From: Chiloscyllium plagiosum
Lineage: Eukaryota
Assembly: GCF_004010195.1 (NCBI RefSeq)
Contig: NC_057749.1
Span: 15,565,690-15,629,689 of the forward strand
DNA: 64,000 nt
Direction: 5' to 3'
The notes beneath the pieces are model-generated. The model saw only the letters and a list, made by a program, of their open reading frames with translations. It was not told the DNA's origin and made no database searches. Within the stretch, counting starts at the first letter, position 1. Each line of letters begins with the position of its first letter. Shown piece after piece: positions 24,891 through 37,580 of this stretch. A program made the position numbers and the translations under genes.

Positions 24891-25325
24891 GGCAAAAGTG
24901 AGGACTGCAGATGCTGGAAACCAGAGTTTAGATTAGAGTGGTGCTGGAAAAGCACACATGGTGGCTCAGTGGTTAGCACTGGTGCCTCACAGTACCAGGG
25001 TCCCAGGTTCGATTCCAACATTGGGTGATTGTCTGTGTGGAGTTTGCACATTCTCCCTGTGTCTGCATGGGTTTCCTCTGGGTGCTCCGGTTTCCTCCCA
25101 CAGTCCAAAAATGTGCAGGTTAGATGGATTGGCCATGCTAAATTGCCCATAGTGTTAGGTGCATTAGTCAGAGGGAAATGGGTCAGGGTGGGTTACTCTT
25201 CGGAGGGTAAGTGTGGACTGATTGGGCCGAAGGGCCTGTTTCCACACTGTAGGGAATCTTAAAAAAAAAGGTCAGGCAGCATCTGAGGAGCAGGAAAATT
25301 GATGTTTTGGGCAAAAGCCCTTCAC
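24891..25325. mobile_element. Family A Penelope-terminal-like repeat split by a V-SINE (24955-25260, +)
   Basis: aaagtgaggactgcagatgctgg..gctggaaaagcaca [SINE] aggtcaggcagcatctgaggagcagg..gggcaaaagcccttca resumes colinearly. Confidence 0.8.
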
Positions 25326-25702
25326 TGACTGGGACTTGCTGTGTGTGTTTAAAATGATAGAAAAATGAAGTTGGTTAAGATTAAACAATTTTGAGCAGCG
25401 GATGGGGCTTTGAATAAGAGGAGGATATAAGGCATTTAGAACAGAGCATACGCTCACCTTTGGATCAGGGGATTGTGGGTTCAAGTCCCACTGCAGATTC
25501 TTGAGCACATAAACTAGGCGGACACTGTAGTGTAGGACTGAGGGAGTGCGCCCCTCTCAGAAGCGCTGCCTTCAGTAAGATGTTAAATGTTATCTGTCCT
25601 CATTCTGACATCTCTGGTGGACGTAAGAAGTCACTGATTATGAATAACTGAATTCTCCCAATGTCCCAGTCAGTAATCATCCTTCAATCAACATAAGTAC
25701 AC

Positions 25703-25772
25703 AGATTCTGAAGAACAGTCATACCAGACTAGAAATATTAACTCTACTCCTCTCCACAGGTGCTGTCTGACA
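25703..25772 (+). ncRNA. Minimal hammerhead-like motif in family B repeat
   Basis: GATT-CTGAAGA-AC-AGTC-atacca-GACT-A-GAAA-TA-TT-AACT: conserved core with 4-bp stem II and imperfect stem I; activity untested. Confidence 0.5.
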
Positions 25773-25774
25773 TT

Positions 25775-26320
25775 GCATTTGGGGAAGGTACAGAGAGGTT
25801 TACCAGGATGCAGCCTGAAATAGAGGGTGTGAACTATAAGGAGATACTAGAAAATCTAGTGTTGTTTTCTCTGAAGCGATGAAGGCCGAGTGGACACTTG
25901 ATAGCAATCTATAGAATTATGAGATGTATAGATAGGGTTGACGGTCAGCATTTATTTTCCCAGAGTTGAAATGTCTAATACAAGAGGGCATACACTTAAG
26001 GTGAGAGGGGGAAAAGTTCAAAGGAGATGTGAGGGGCAATTCTTTACACAGACAATGGTAGAAGTTTGGACCACATTGCCAGGGGTGGTGGTAGAGGCAG
26101 ATACGATAGGGGTGTTTAAAATTATGGTGAAATGATGTTGGTTAGAATTAAATAATTATGAGCAGGGGATGGGTCTTTTAGAAATCACATGAATATGCAA
26201 GGAATGCAAGATATGGACCAAGGGCAGACAGAAGGGATTAGTTAATTTGGTGTCATATTGGGCACAACACCATGGGCCAAAGGGCCTGTTCCTGTGCTGT
26301 ACAATTCCATGTTCTATGCA
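25775..26320 (+). mobile_element. CR1 LINE 3' fragment
   Basis: NTRGH..V..W..LP motif and a CR1-type tail. Confidence 0.8.
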
Positions 26321-26509
26321 TTTATACAGGTTATCTGGTCATTATCACATTGTGGTTTGAGGGAGATTATTGTGCACAATATGCCTACATTGTTTCCTTC
26401 ATTACAACGGTGACTACATCCTAGCAAAATTCTGACTCCCGTTGTACAAGTGCAACTGTGAATGACATCACATTTACGTTAAATTGCACAATTTTTGCAA
26501 ACGTACTTA

Positions 26510-26876
26510 CAGTTATAGAGACTTACAGCACAGAAACAGACCCTTAGGTCTAACTCGCCCACGCCAACCAGATATCCTAATCTAATCTAGTCCCATTTGC
26601 CTGCACTTGGCCCATATCCCTCCAAACCCTTCTTATTCATATACCCATCCAAATGATTTTAAATGTTGCAATTGTACCAGCCTCCACCACTTCCTCTGGC
26701 AGCTCAATCTATACAAACACCACCCTCTGTGTGAAAGGTTGCCCCTTAAGTCCCTTTCATATTTTTCCCCTCTCATCCTAAACCTATGCCCTCTAGTTCT
26801 GGGCTCCCCAACTCCAGGGAATAGACTTTGTCTGTTTATCCGATCCATGCCCCCCATGATTTTATAAACCTCTATG
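26510..26876 (-). mobile_element. CR1 LINE 3' fragment
   Basis: MDRINRQSLFPGVGEPRTRGH plus tail. Confidence 0.88.
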
Positions 26877-28439
26877 AAGCGGGAGTAGAAGTAGGCCTTT
26901 CAGTCCCTCAAGCCTGCTTCACCATTTAATAAGATCCTGGCTGATCTGTTTGTGTTCCAAATTCCACATTTCTATCTACCTCAGATAGCTTAAAAACAAA
27001 GAGCTGCGGATGCTGGAAATCTGAAACAAAAACAGAAAGTGCTGGAGAAACTCAGCAGATCTGGAAGAATCTATGGAGAGAAAGCAGATTTAACATTTCG
27101 AGTCCAGTAACGAAGGATAACTCGACTTGAAATGTTAACTAAGAGTCTAACTACCTCCACTTAAAATGACCCATCTTCACTACATTCTGAGGCTTTGCAT
27201 TCCAAAGTCTCTGTACCCTTCGAGTGAAAAGAAATTCTGCTCATCACTGCCCTGTCTTTTAGAAAATAGTCCATGTTCTGGACTCATTCACAGGAGGAAA
27301 CGTTCTTTAATCAATGCATATTTGAAACGTCAATGTAAAATGCACAAACTGCATACTATTCCAAACCCATAAGATCACATCAGAAAAATCAATAACTACA
27401 AAAGACTAGCTAATCATCAAATAACTACTGCCAAGACACCAAACAGAAAGCAGATTAAAGCTTTCTGTATTGATTTGAGAAACAAAAGGGTTTTGAGAAT
27501 TACAGTGGGTGAAGAATCAGGGAGAATTTGGAAATAGCAGATCATGTTTAATGAAATGTACTAATATTTTTGAATACAGTAACAGGGAGAATGGATATGG
27601 ATAATGTGATGAATAGGAAGGACTTAGAGGGACTATGGGCCAAATGCTGGCAAATGGGACTAGATCAATTTAGGATATCTGGTCAGCATGGATGAGTTGG
27701 ACCAAAGGGTCTGTTTCTGTGCTGTACAATTCTATGACTCTATGATTGGTTCGGCATATGTGGACTTCCAAAGGATAGCATATCCAACTTTGTACCCAGA
27801 CTTCTACTCACCATAGACTTCCACATTGTCGGCACGTCAAAGATGTGGGACTTTCCTCAAGGTGTCGAGCAGCAGAGAAGGAGCAAAGAAGATTTGTAGC
27901 AATGGTATGTGGGCTCCGACGTTCTAACTCTCGGGAATGATTGAAAAGTCTGGGCTTCTTTTCTCTAGAAAGGCGAAGGCTGAGGAATGATTTCAAGAGG
28001 TCTCCGAGATTATCAAACAGTTTGTTAGATATTGAGATGTTTTTATATGTGAGGGAGACCAGGTCCGAGATTCCTGAATATAAGACAAGGATTAATAAAT
28101 CCAGTGGGGAAATCAGGATAAAGGAAACAGAGAGAAATTGGTGGAAAGGTTAGTTCTTTGTCAGTGGAAGGTATCACAATGGGGCTCCCCTTGGAGGTGA
28201 CACCATGACTAGTTTTATTCTTGACGTATATTAATGAACTAGAGTCGGGTACATAGAGTATGTAGTTGCAAAATTTTCAGACAACACAAAACCTGGAAGT
28301 ATTGTGAACTGAGAGAAGGATAAGGCAAATGGTGCTAGTTGGATTGTTGTTGCTAAAAGCTATCACAGACATGATGTGCTGAATGGCCCCCCTGCTGTAC
28401 TGTGATTACAAAAGCCTGACAATTAAATGGAATAGGTAA

Positions 28440-28583
28440 AAGTGAGGACTGCAGATGCTGGAAATCAGAGTCTAGATTGGAGTGGTGCTGGAAAAGCACA
28501 GCAGGTCAGGCAGTTTCTGATTTTCCTTCTCCTCGGATGCTGTCTGACCTGCTGTGCTTTTCCAGCACCACTCTCATCTAGAC
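28440..28583. mobile_element. Palindromic family A element with central hammerhead region deleted
   Basis: agtctagattggagtggtgctggaaaagcacagcaggtcag / ctgacctgctgtgcttttccagcaccactctcatctagact. Confidence 0.78.
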
Positions 28584-29251
28584 TTAAACAGAATAACTGA
28601 ACCAGAGAAACATGAAGCCCACAGTGATGTTTCTGCTCCGTATGAATCTCCTCCCATCTCTGTTCATCCCTGTTCATTAAAATATTCTTCTATCCCTTTC
28701 TCCTGAAGCTTTCCCTTAAAGGTATCGACCTGAGCTACTCCCTGTGGTAGTGATTTGTACATTCTTGCTACTCTCTGGGTTAAAAGAATTTTCCTGAATT
28801 CCCCACTGGATTTATTAATCACTGTCTTATATTCGGGAATCCCACTTCTAGTCTCCCCCACATGTAGAAACGCCTTAATATCTAACAAACTGTTTGATAA
28901 TCTCAGAGGCCCCTTGAAATCATTCCACCTTTCTAGAGGAAAGGAGCCCAGACTTTTCAATCTTTCCCGAGAGTTAGAACGTCGGAGGCCACATACCATT
29001 GTTATAAATCTTCTTTGCTCCTCCTCTGCTGCTCTACAATCCTATTTTGTAGTGTGGAGCTCCCTCCTGACTTGGAATGAAATTACCATTCATTTTCAAG
29101 AAGGAGTCGATACAGCTCTTGGGGATAAAGGGATCAAGGGAAATGGGAGGAGGTTGGACTAGGGTATTGAGCTCGATGATCAGCTGTGATCATACCGAAT
29201 GAGGGAGCAGACTTGAGGAGTCAAATAGCCCAGTCCTGCCTTTATCTACTC

Positions 29252-29475
29252 TGTGAAGTGATTATAGTGTGGTCAGCCAGCCGGACCTCATAGAATATGA
29301 GTTCCCTGATTGGGGCTGTTAATCTGGTCCAACCAGGGAGCCCTGGCTGATATAAAAGGATGAATATCAGGGATACTGGGATTCTGAATGCCTGACTCAG
29401 AGGGAGGTGGTGCTATTGTCAAACACTATGCATTTGTGAATAAAAGGTGATTGGTGATGGGATGTCAGCTACTAT
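29252..29475 (+). mobile_element. Possible short solo LTR
   Basis: Begins TG, then gattgg/ccaa boxes, TATAAAA and AATAAA in LTR order; no clear 3' CA end or TSD. Confidence 0.4.
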
Positions 29476-30880
29476 GTTCCAAAGCTTTGCAGTTCCAATA
29501 GCCTGCACTTTTCCCTTCTAACAGCATTGTGGATGTACCCAGGTGTTGCATCACAGTCACCCAATGCAGCAGAACCTACCCCCTCACTCTGGCCCAGTAC
29601 AGTGGACCCCTCAAGACTCAGGCCCTGGTTATTGGGCCCTGATGTAACCCCCTTGTCCCAGGAGTTGCCAACACCACATAGATTGCATGGTTCAGGAGAA
29701 CAGCTCACTCCCACCTTCTCCAGAGCAAACAGGGGTGGCATTTATGCCTTCATCCCATAAAATAATATTTTATAAACCCAAATAAGTCCTGATTTTCTTA
29801 CCCAACCCCCAGTGACAGCACTAAGTTAAATCCATATCTGCTCTTGATCTCTATCTAGTGACCCTGATTGAAAAGTGCACATTGGTAATTGCCAGGAGAG
29901 AGTTGGGATGTCCCCATGATTGAATAGTTCAAAGGTTCACACTTGGAGATTGGCCACTGGGGCCAGTTTCTAACAGATGGAATTCTGCAAGAGGAAAGCT
30001 GTGGGAGGGAATAACCTCAATGCAGACCACCAGAGAAGACTCAAGACCTTTCACACACACAAGGCAACATTTGATGGCACATGTGAAAACCCACAATTGT
30101 GACAAGAAGTCTTAGCTTTCTTCTCAAGTCAGATATCAATTCCACAAATATTCACTTGGACAGAAAGTGCATGAATGGACAATGACGAGGAGGTTCTCCC
30201 AGATTTCTATGCTCCCACAATTCCGGCCATTTGTGTCCTTCCAATGTTAATTCCCCATTATTGATGGAAGTGCCTTCAAATGTCCAAACTGTGGAATTCC
30301 CTCCTTAAACCTCCCCGGATTTCTCTCCACCTTTAACATGCTCCTTAAAACTACCTGCTCAGCTAAGCTTCAGGCATCACACTCCATCATCCTGTCACCT
30401 GTCAAATTTCATACATTAATGCTTCTACAAAGTGCCTTTGGCTCATTCATAATGACAGGAACTACATACACTATATACTAAATACCGGGACTATATCAAT
30501 GCAGGCTGTTGTTGAGGGTGACAGATACTGATAAACATTGAGAAATTGTAAGGCTGTTCACAATTTCACTGACCTGCATAAATCTTCCAGCTAGCACATA
30601 GCAAACAGAGGAAGCATATCCCGACATTAATTGTATTTTTACACAGCACAGGAGGGAGCTGATTAAAATAAGATGTAAAGAGCCAAGTTTGAGAATGACA
30701 ACCAACTGAGTACCATGGCCAATTGCCTAAGGATGGAATGTAATTACTCTCTCACTATGAACTGAGCGAGTTCTTGTAGTATTCTCCAGTATTAAAAATA
30801 CATTTTAATTATGCATCACACACTGCATTTCTCCTTTTCTGTAAAATTATTTCGCCTCTTCTCTGTTCCTAGATGAATCA

Positions 30881-31220
30881 CAGAATCTCTACAGTGCATA
30901 AAGTGACCATTCAGCCCATTGAGAACACACCAACCCTTGGAAGAGCATCCCACCCAGGACCAACCAATCCCTGTGACCCTGCACAGGGTTTTTAAACCAT
31001 GGCTAACCCACCTAGCCTGCATATCCCTTGACACTATGGGAAATTTAGCATGGCCAATCCAACCTAACCTGAACATCTTGGACTAGGAGAGGAAACCCAC
31101 TACAGAAAGGGGGAGAATGTGCAAGCTCCACACAGACAGTCACCTGAGGCTGGAATCAAACCCAGGTCCCTGGCACTGTGAGGCAGCAGTGCTAACCACT
31201 GAGCTGTCATGCACCAGCCC
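30881..31220 (-). mobile_element. V-SINE (HE1-like)
   Basis: Reverse complement of the SINE head at 31150-31215. Confidence 0.82.
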
Positions 31221-31555
31221 CCACCATGATTCTGTGATTCTCCTTTCCTGCTCTTTTTTATATGATTCATACACTCCTCTTGTCTACTCTGCTATCTGCT
31301 AGTGAATATTTCTTCCAACATTCAACTCTCTCCTTTCTCCTGTCTTCTGCTCCTCTCTTTGGGTCCGCTACTTATTATGTACATCTCTCAAAGTACAACT
31401 ATTTTGCTGTTACATTCAGTCTTTTAGTCCTAAGCCAGCCATCCATTTTGTACATAGGAGTGATAATAATTCTGAGGTGGGGCAAACATGGGGAGTAGAA
31501 GGCCATTCAGTACCTCAATCCTACTTTGTCATTCAATAATCTCATGGTTGATCTA

Positions 31556-31860
31556 GTTATAGAGTCATCGAGTCATAGAGATGTACAGCATGGAAACAGG
31601 TCCTTCAGTCCAACTCGACCATGCCGACCAGATATCCCAACCCAATCTAGTCCCACCTGCCAGCACCCGGCCCATATCCCTCCAAACCCTTCCTATTCAT
31701 ATACCCATCCAGATGCCTCTTAAATGTTGCAATTGTACCAGTCTCCACCACTTCCTCTGGCAGCTCATTCCATACACATACCACCCTCTGCGAGAAAATG
31801 TTGCCCCTTAGGTCTCTTTTAAATCTTTCTCCTCTCACCCTAAACCCATGTCCCCTAGTT
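31556..31860 (-). mobile_element. CR1 LINE 3' end
   Basis: ORF 31647-31838 RVVCVWNELPEEVV..FKRHLD plus tail. Confidence 0.9.
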
Positions 31861-34182
31861 GTGACCTTAATTCCATATTCTCATCCATTCCTGATAAACC
31901 TTGACTCCCTTGTGCGACTATCCCTACGTCTGGTTATTCCAAAAGGGAAATTAGCAGTGAAACTGGGTCCACTATAAAAATAATTGGCCTCCAGCTGAGG
32001 TACAGCAGTACTGAATAAGAGTTTCCTCTGTGTCACCACCAGAGGTTGAAAGGCAGGCTAGGATAGAGGAAATGGAGGAGACCATTCAGCCCCTCCAGCC
32101 TGTTTCAACATCCAAGCATGGCTGAGAGCCATGGAGGCGTGATGAATGGCTCATGCCTGAAAAGTTGATTCTCCTGCTCCTCGGATGCTGCCTGACCTGC
32201 TGTGCTTTTCCAGCACCACACTCTTCAACTCTGATCTCCAGCATCTGCAGTCCTCACTTTCTCTATGAGGTAATGGCCTCGTGTATTATTACAAGACTAT
32301 TAATGTAAAATCTCAGCTAATATTCTGAGGACCGAGGCTCCAAACAGGTAATGGAATTTAATTTTGATTTAAAAATCTGGAATATCTGAATCTACTGATG
32401 TCCACAAAATCATTGCTGATTGTTGGAAAACCCATTTGGATCACTAATGTCCTTCAGGGAAGGAAATCTGCCATCCTTACCTGGTCTGGCCTACATGAGA
32501 CTTCAGACTGACAGCAATATGGTTAACTCTTAACTGCCCTCTGAAATGGCCTAGCAAGTCATTCAGTTATCGATATGAAGCCTCAATAAAGAAATGAAAC
32601 CATCCGCATCGACCTAGGCAGAAACAGTCCTGTTGACCCTGCAAGGTCCTCCTCACTAACATTGAGGGGTATGTACTAAAATTGGGAGAGCTGTCTCCCA
32701 GACGAGTCAAGCAACAGCCTGACATAGTCATGGAATCATACCTTACACACAATGTCCCAGACACCACCATCACCTTCCTTGGATATGTCTTGTCCCACCA
32801 ACAGGACTGACTCAGCAGAGGAGGTGGCACAATGGGATACAAGGGGCAGCAAGGGCACAAAATGAACGCTAGATGGGGGATTTCAAAGTCCACCATCAAG
32901 ATTGGCTTGGCAACTGCACTACTGATCAAGCTGGCTGGGTCCTAAAGGACTTTGCTGCTATACTGGATCTGCATCAGGTAATGATGGAACCAACAAGAGG
33001 GAAAAACATATTTGACAGCATCCTTACCAAGGTCAACCTCTAGCAGGTGGACTGCAGCAGCTCAGGAAGGAGCTCACCATCACCTTCTCAAGGGCAACTG
33101 TGGTTGGGCAATAAATGCTAACCGGCCAGCAATGCCTCCGTCCCATTGGTGAATAGAAATGAAATCTGTACCTCAACTTCAGTCATTCACTGGGGTAGAA
33201 ATTTAGAAATAGAAGCAGGATTTGGCCATTCAGCCCCTCAAGCCTGTTCCAACACTGAATGCAATTATGTTTGACTTACCTCAACTCCAATTTTCTGCCC
33301 AAACCCCATATTCCTTGATTGCCTTCAAATATTTATGACTCAGTTTTAATTTACTCATCGAGTGAGCACCCATAGTTCTCTGAAGTAGAGAAATTAAAAG
33401 ACTCACCATCTTTTGAGTGAAAGAATGTCTCCTCATTTCAGTCCAAAAAGGATGAAGCCTTGTCTTGAGGCTATGGCAACTGCTAGTTCCAAGCTTTTTA
33501 AAAATTAATTAATGGAATATAGGCATGCTGGCCTGGGCAGCATTTAATGCCTGTCTGTAATTGCCTTTGAGATGGTGATAGTGAGCCACCTTCCTGGACT
33601 GCCATGTGTTGTTGGTAGTCCCACAATTCCCCTGGGGAGGGAATTCCAGGATTTTGACAGTGATAGTGAAGGAAGGATGATGTGTTTCTAAGTCAGGATG
33701 GTGAGTGGCTTGGAGGGGAGTTTGAAGGGGGTGGTGTTCCCATGTACCTGCTGCCCTTGTCCTTCTAGATGGAAGTGGTTGTGGGTTTGGAAGGATCTTT
33801 GGTGAATTTGTACAACGCATCTTGTAGATAGTACACACTGCTGCTACTGAGCGTTGATGGTGGAGGGAGTTTCTCCAAGCATGAAAAAATTTCTCACATC
33901 TTTGGCTTGTCCTGTTAACATTCCCTTTCATTTTTATATAATGAAATCTTTTTTCATTAATTTTTTTTCCTGATCTCCACCCTATGATACTCCCTCCCTT
34001 TTGATATTCATACCCTCTTCCCCTAACACCTTACTTGCTCATAATCTATTATGTTTCCAACATTTCCTCAATTTTGGTGAAATGACACAGACCTGAAATG
34101 TTCACTCTGTTTCTCTCTCCACTATCTCAGCATCGATCCTATCCAGCCCTCCATGGATGTTATCCTTTTTGGTGAATGAGAT

Positions 34183-34768
34183 TGTTATGAACCAGGCCAG
34201 ACCTCTTCAAAACATTTTAAGAAGGTAGCCCAGACCCTAACATTTTTTTTAGGCAGATGTAAAGAGGATATCCCGGGAGTGTTGCAGTTGGTCAACCCAC
34301 TCAGTTTTAAACAGAACAGAATTTATTTAAACATTACAGATGAAACATGAACAAAACAAAACAGAATTTAGAATAACTTATTTGAGAACCCTACTGACAC
34401 AATATCGCATATTAGCTAAGGAGCTGATCCAATCCCTGCAACATCCCATAAACAAACCCCTTGGCAAAAGGTAAACTCAAACACAGGTTCTTACAGGCAG
34501 GCTCAAGAGAGGTTTCAGAGAGAACATTCAAGCAAGACCTCTATTGAAGCATGGAACCTCTTTTCACTGTGGCTGCTTCTCTAGGTCCCCAGGAGTTTTC
34601 TGACTATGTGCTACAACAAACCAAACTAGAAAGAAAACCTGAACCGGATGAACTGGCCACTCCCCTGCTATTGTTCAAAGTAACCATTTCCAGACAAATC
34701 GGTACCTCTGCCTTTACGACCCCTCAAGGACAACATAAACCTTGTTTTAAAGGGGAAGCATTGTCACA
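34183..34768 (-). mobile_element. Solo LTR, 586 bp
   Basis: Ends TGTTA...TCACA, flanked by 4-bp direct repeat AGAT (34179-34182 and 34769-34772). TTTATT at about 34322 suggests - orientation. Confidence 0.72.
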
Positions 34769-35578
34769 AGATGAACTCTTATTTTTCTTTGCTGAGAGGA
34801 CCAGTCTGTCAGAGACCTTCTGACCTAAGTGCCATGGTTGCTGTGGGTATCATTGTGGGCTGGCGTTTTCAGAGTTGGAGCCTACTGCCACTGAGCAGGT
34901 CCTGTGGCCACACCCTCAGTCATAGTTGGTGTCTCACCGTGTGCAGGGCAGGATTGAAGAACCAAATGGCTTATTCCTGCTTCTAGTTTCTATGTTTGGG
35001 ACCATTGTTGAAGCAGCATTTTGGGCTCTTCCTAGTCACCTAGCCACCCCTCTGTACAGAAACTCCTCAGGTACATACCTGCCTTCCTTCCTGCGAAAGG
35101 TGCCCAAGCTAAATGAATCTGCTTCTGCTTGACACCCATCAATGTGCCTTTCAGAGGACTGTCACACCGTTGGCTTTGTCCTTTGAAAAGGTCCAGGTTG
35201 CGTCCCCAACCACCAAAGGTGAAAATCGCTCAGCTTCCTTTCTTGCCCGCTCTGCATCTTCGCATGTTCCACAGCCATGCGACAGGGGTGCTGAGAATGT
35301 TGGCCTCCAAAACCAACAAGGGGCTTACAAAGAATCCCATTTGGTGTCATCCTGTGTACACTTTGTGAAACGGGAAGGTTGAAACATGAGAGCAACCCAC
35401 TGAAATGAGCATAACTGTGCGGAGATGGGATGGTCATTTTTACCAGGGGGAAATACCATTCTTACCATCTTCCAGTGGGAAAGTGATTAGAACCTGGCTC
35501 ACCTCAAGCCAAGAGTTTTCTGATGTATCTATTACAAAGGTTCTCCACATGAGAACTGTGAGAGCCACCCAGGAATTG

Positions 35579-35637
35579 TGAGGTCAGAGATCTTCTTGTT
35601 AAGTCACTTCCTGGTTACAACAAACTCCTTTTATAAG
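35579..35637 (+). promoter_or_regulatory. Candidate proximal promoter of calicin-like gene
   Basis: TGAGGTCA (CRE-like/nuclear-receptor half-site) 35579-35586, ETS-like CACTTCCTGG 35605-35614, TATAAG 35632-35637, about 45 nt before the ATG. Confidence 0.45.
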
Positions 35638-35680
35638 AGGTGACCCACAGAAGCTTCAGAACCATTTCGGCCCTCTGAGA

Positions 35681-37468
35681 ATGAAGCTGGAATTTGATGA
35701 CCATAAACACAGCACCTACATTTTACAATCTCTCAACGCCCAGAGGCAAAAGAAGGAATGTTGTGACGTGGTCATCAATGTGGGCTCCCATTCATTCTCC
35801 GCCCATCAGAACATCCTGACAGCTGTCAGTCCTTACGTCAAGGACTTAATCCACAGCTGCAATATCCAACCATCAGATGAACTGTCTGTCACCATTGACA
35901 TTGATTACATGAGCCCAGTGTCTGTGGAACAGCTGTTGGAATACTTCTACACGGGTAAGATTATAATCGCTGACAAAAATGTGGAGGATCTGTTAAAGGG
36001 GGCCAAGTATTTCATGATAAAGCGACTCAAGTCCCATTGTGTTGAGTACTTGGAGCTTGTCTTAGACAGGCAAAGTTACATGTACACGCTCATGTTAGCA
36101 GAGACTTATGACTTATCAGACCTGGCTGCTACGGTCTACCTATACGTCAAAGACCGGTTCTTCATTCTGAGTGAAACAAAGGAGTTTGTGGAATGTCCAT
36201 ACCACGTCTTACTGAAATTGGTCAAGGATGAAGACCTCCACACTTCCAACGAAGACCAGGTCCTGCAGACCATCCTGAGGTGGACTAACCATAATTTAGA
36301 AGACAGGAAAGGTTACTTTCCTAAACTTTTCTCTTACATTTACCTGAACGGTATCGCTGACGAGGTTCTGTCAGACATCAGCAGCAATGAGCCCCTAATC
36401 AAGAACAACACCACGTGTGTGTGTGCTATTGTGGACGTGCTGAGCCATCGCAAGCAGGAAAACCTGACCAGTCTTGCGTACTTCCAGCGAAAAGGGGCTC
36501 TGCTCGATGTGGTCCTTGTCCTGGGGGGTCAAAGTTCGGATGGCAGTTTCCGCAACGCAGTCTACGCCTACGTCGTTGATGAGAATAAATGGATTAAAAT
36601 CACCCATATGCCGTACCGCGCGGCGGCTCTGGGCGCCATCTGCACCAGCAAGTACCTGTATGTGACAGGGGGCACCAATGAGCAAAATGCCAGTCTGAAG
36701 GCCGCGTGGAGGTATGACCTGGACAAAAATACCTGGAACAAACTGCCAGACCTCCCACTTGGACTGGTCTTCCATTCCATGGTAGCCTGCAATGGTATAG
36801 TGTACACAGTGGGAGGGAGTGTGGCACCGAGGAAGTACATCTCCACCATTTATAGGTACGATGAGAAGAAGGAGAAATGGACTTCCGTTGGAAGGATGAG
36901 TGTTCCCATGGATTGTGCTGAAGTGGTGACCAAAGGGGACAGATACATCTACATAGCGACAGGGAGGTGCATGATCAATGATCGAATTTCCAGGGTTGGT
37001 GTCATTGACTGTTTCGACACCATAACAGGGGAGGTCAAGCAAAGCTTGACATTCCCCATCGAGTTCAAACACAGGCCAGTCATCTCCTTCCAAGGGGACA
37101 CAGCCCTCATCATGCAGAGCCACAAGCACACCATCGAGGTCAGCTTGCAGAAGTTCAAAGCCAATAAGTTGCCCAAGAGGATCCCGCTGCTCCCCAACGC
37201 AACCAAGTTGGAGGTGTGTCACGCCATGTGCCTAATCAGAGACATGATATTTGTCTGTGGTGGGACCTCAGCAACAGACGATGGCAACGTTAAAGAATAT
37301 TCCGTCAACAAAAATGCCTACCTGTTGGAGACAAAGGTAGGAGCATGGAATGAGGTGGCAAAGCCTTCTGAAGCTCTGGAAAGTTCCGCCTGCTGCAAAA
37401 GCAAACTCCAATGCAAGTTCTTACAGAAGCCAGAAAAATCCCTCTCTAAACCCAAGCTTGAGCATTAA
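35681..37468 (+). CDS. ccin: Calicin-like BTB-BACK-Kelch protein, 595 aa, single coding exon
   Basis: Uninterrupted ORF. Shares calicin-specific strings recalled from mammalian CCIN: N-terminal MKLEF, QRKGALLD, MPYRAAAL, KLPDLP.GLVFH, VGGS.APR.Y.S.IYRYDE, TFPIEF.HRP. Confidence 0.92.
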   Translation: MKLEFDDHKHSTYILQSLNAQRQKKECCDVVINVGSHSFSAHQNILTAVSPYVKDLIHSCNIQPSDELSVTIDIDYMSPVSVEQLLEYFYTGKIIIADKNVEDLLKGAKYFMIKRLKSHCVEYLELVLDRQSYMYTLMLAETYDLSDLAATVYLYVKDRFFILSETKEFVECPYHVLLKLVKDEDLHTSNEDQVLQTILRWTNHNLEDRKGYFPKLFSYIYLNGIADEVLSDISSNEPLIKNNTTCVCAIVDVLSHRKQENLTSLAYFQRKGALLDVVLVLGGQSSDGSFRNAVYAYVVDENKWIKITHMPYRAAALGAICTSKYLYVTGGTNEQNASLKAAWRYDLDKNTWNKLPDLPLGLVFHSMVACNGIVYTVGGSVAPRKYISTIYRYDEKKEKWTSVGRMSVPMDCAEVVTKGDRYIYIATGRCMINDRISRVGVIDCFDTITGEVKQSLTFPIEFKHRPVISFQGDTALIMQSHKHTIEVSLQKFKANKLPKRIPLLPNATKLEVCHAMCLIRDMIFVCGGTSATDDGNVKEYSVNKNAYLLETKVGAWNEVAKPSEALESSACCKSKLQCKFLQKPEKSLSKPKLEH

Positions 37469-37527
37469 AAAGATATTAGATAAATATAATATTGAGTATA
37501 ATATTTTCTGTCCGATTCACATAAAAG

Positions 37528-37533
37528 AATAAA
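37528..37533 (+). terminator. Polyadenylation signal of calicin-like gene
   Basis: AATAAA 60 nt after the stop codon. Confidence 0.6.
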
Positions 37534-37580
37534 AGTGTCAAAAACATGCACGTTGTTGGAAAATGCATTATAAAATTATG

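Noticed and set aside
36395..37222. 275-aa minus-strand ORF
   Set aside because: Antisense shadow of the GC3-rich calicin ORF; no recognisable motifs.
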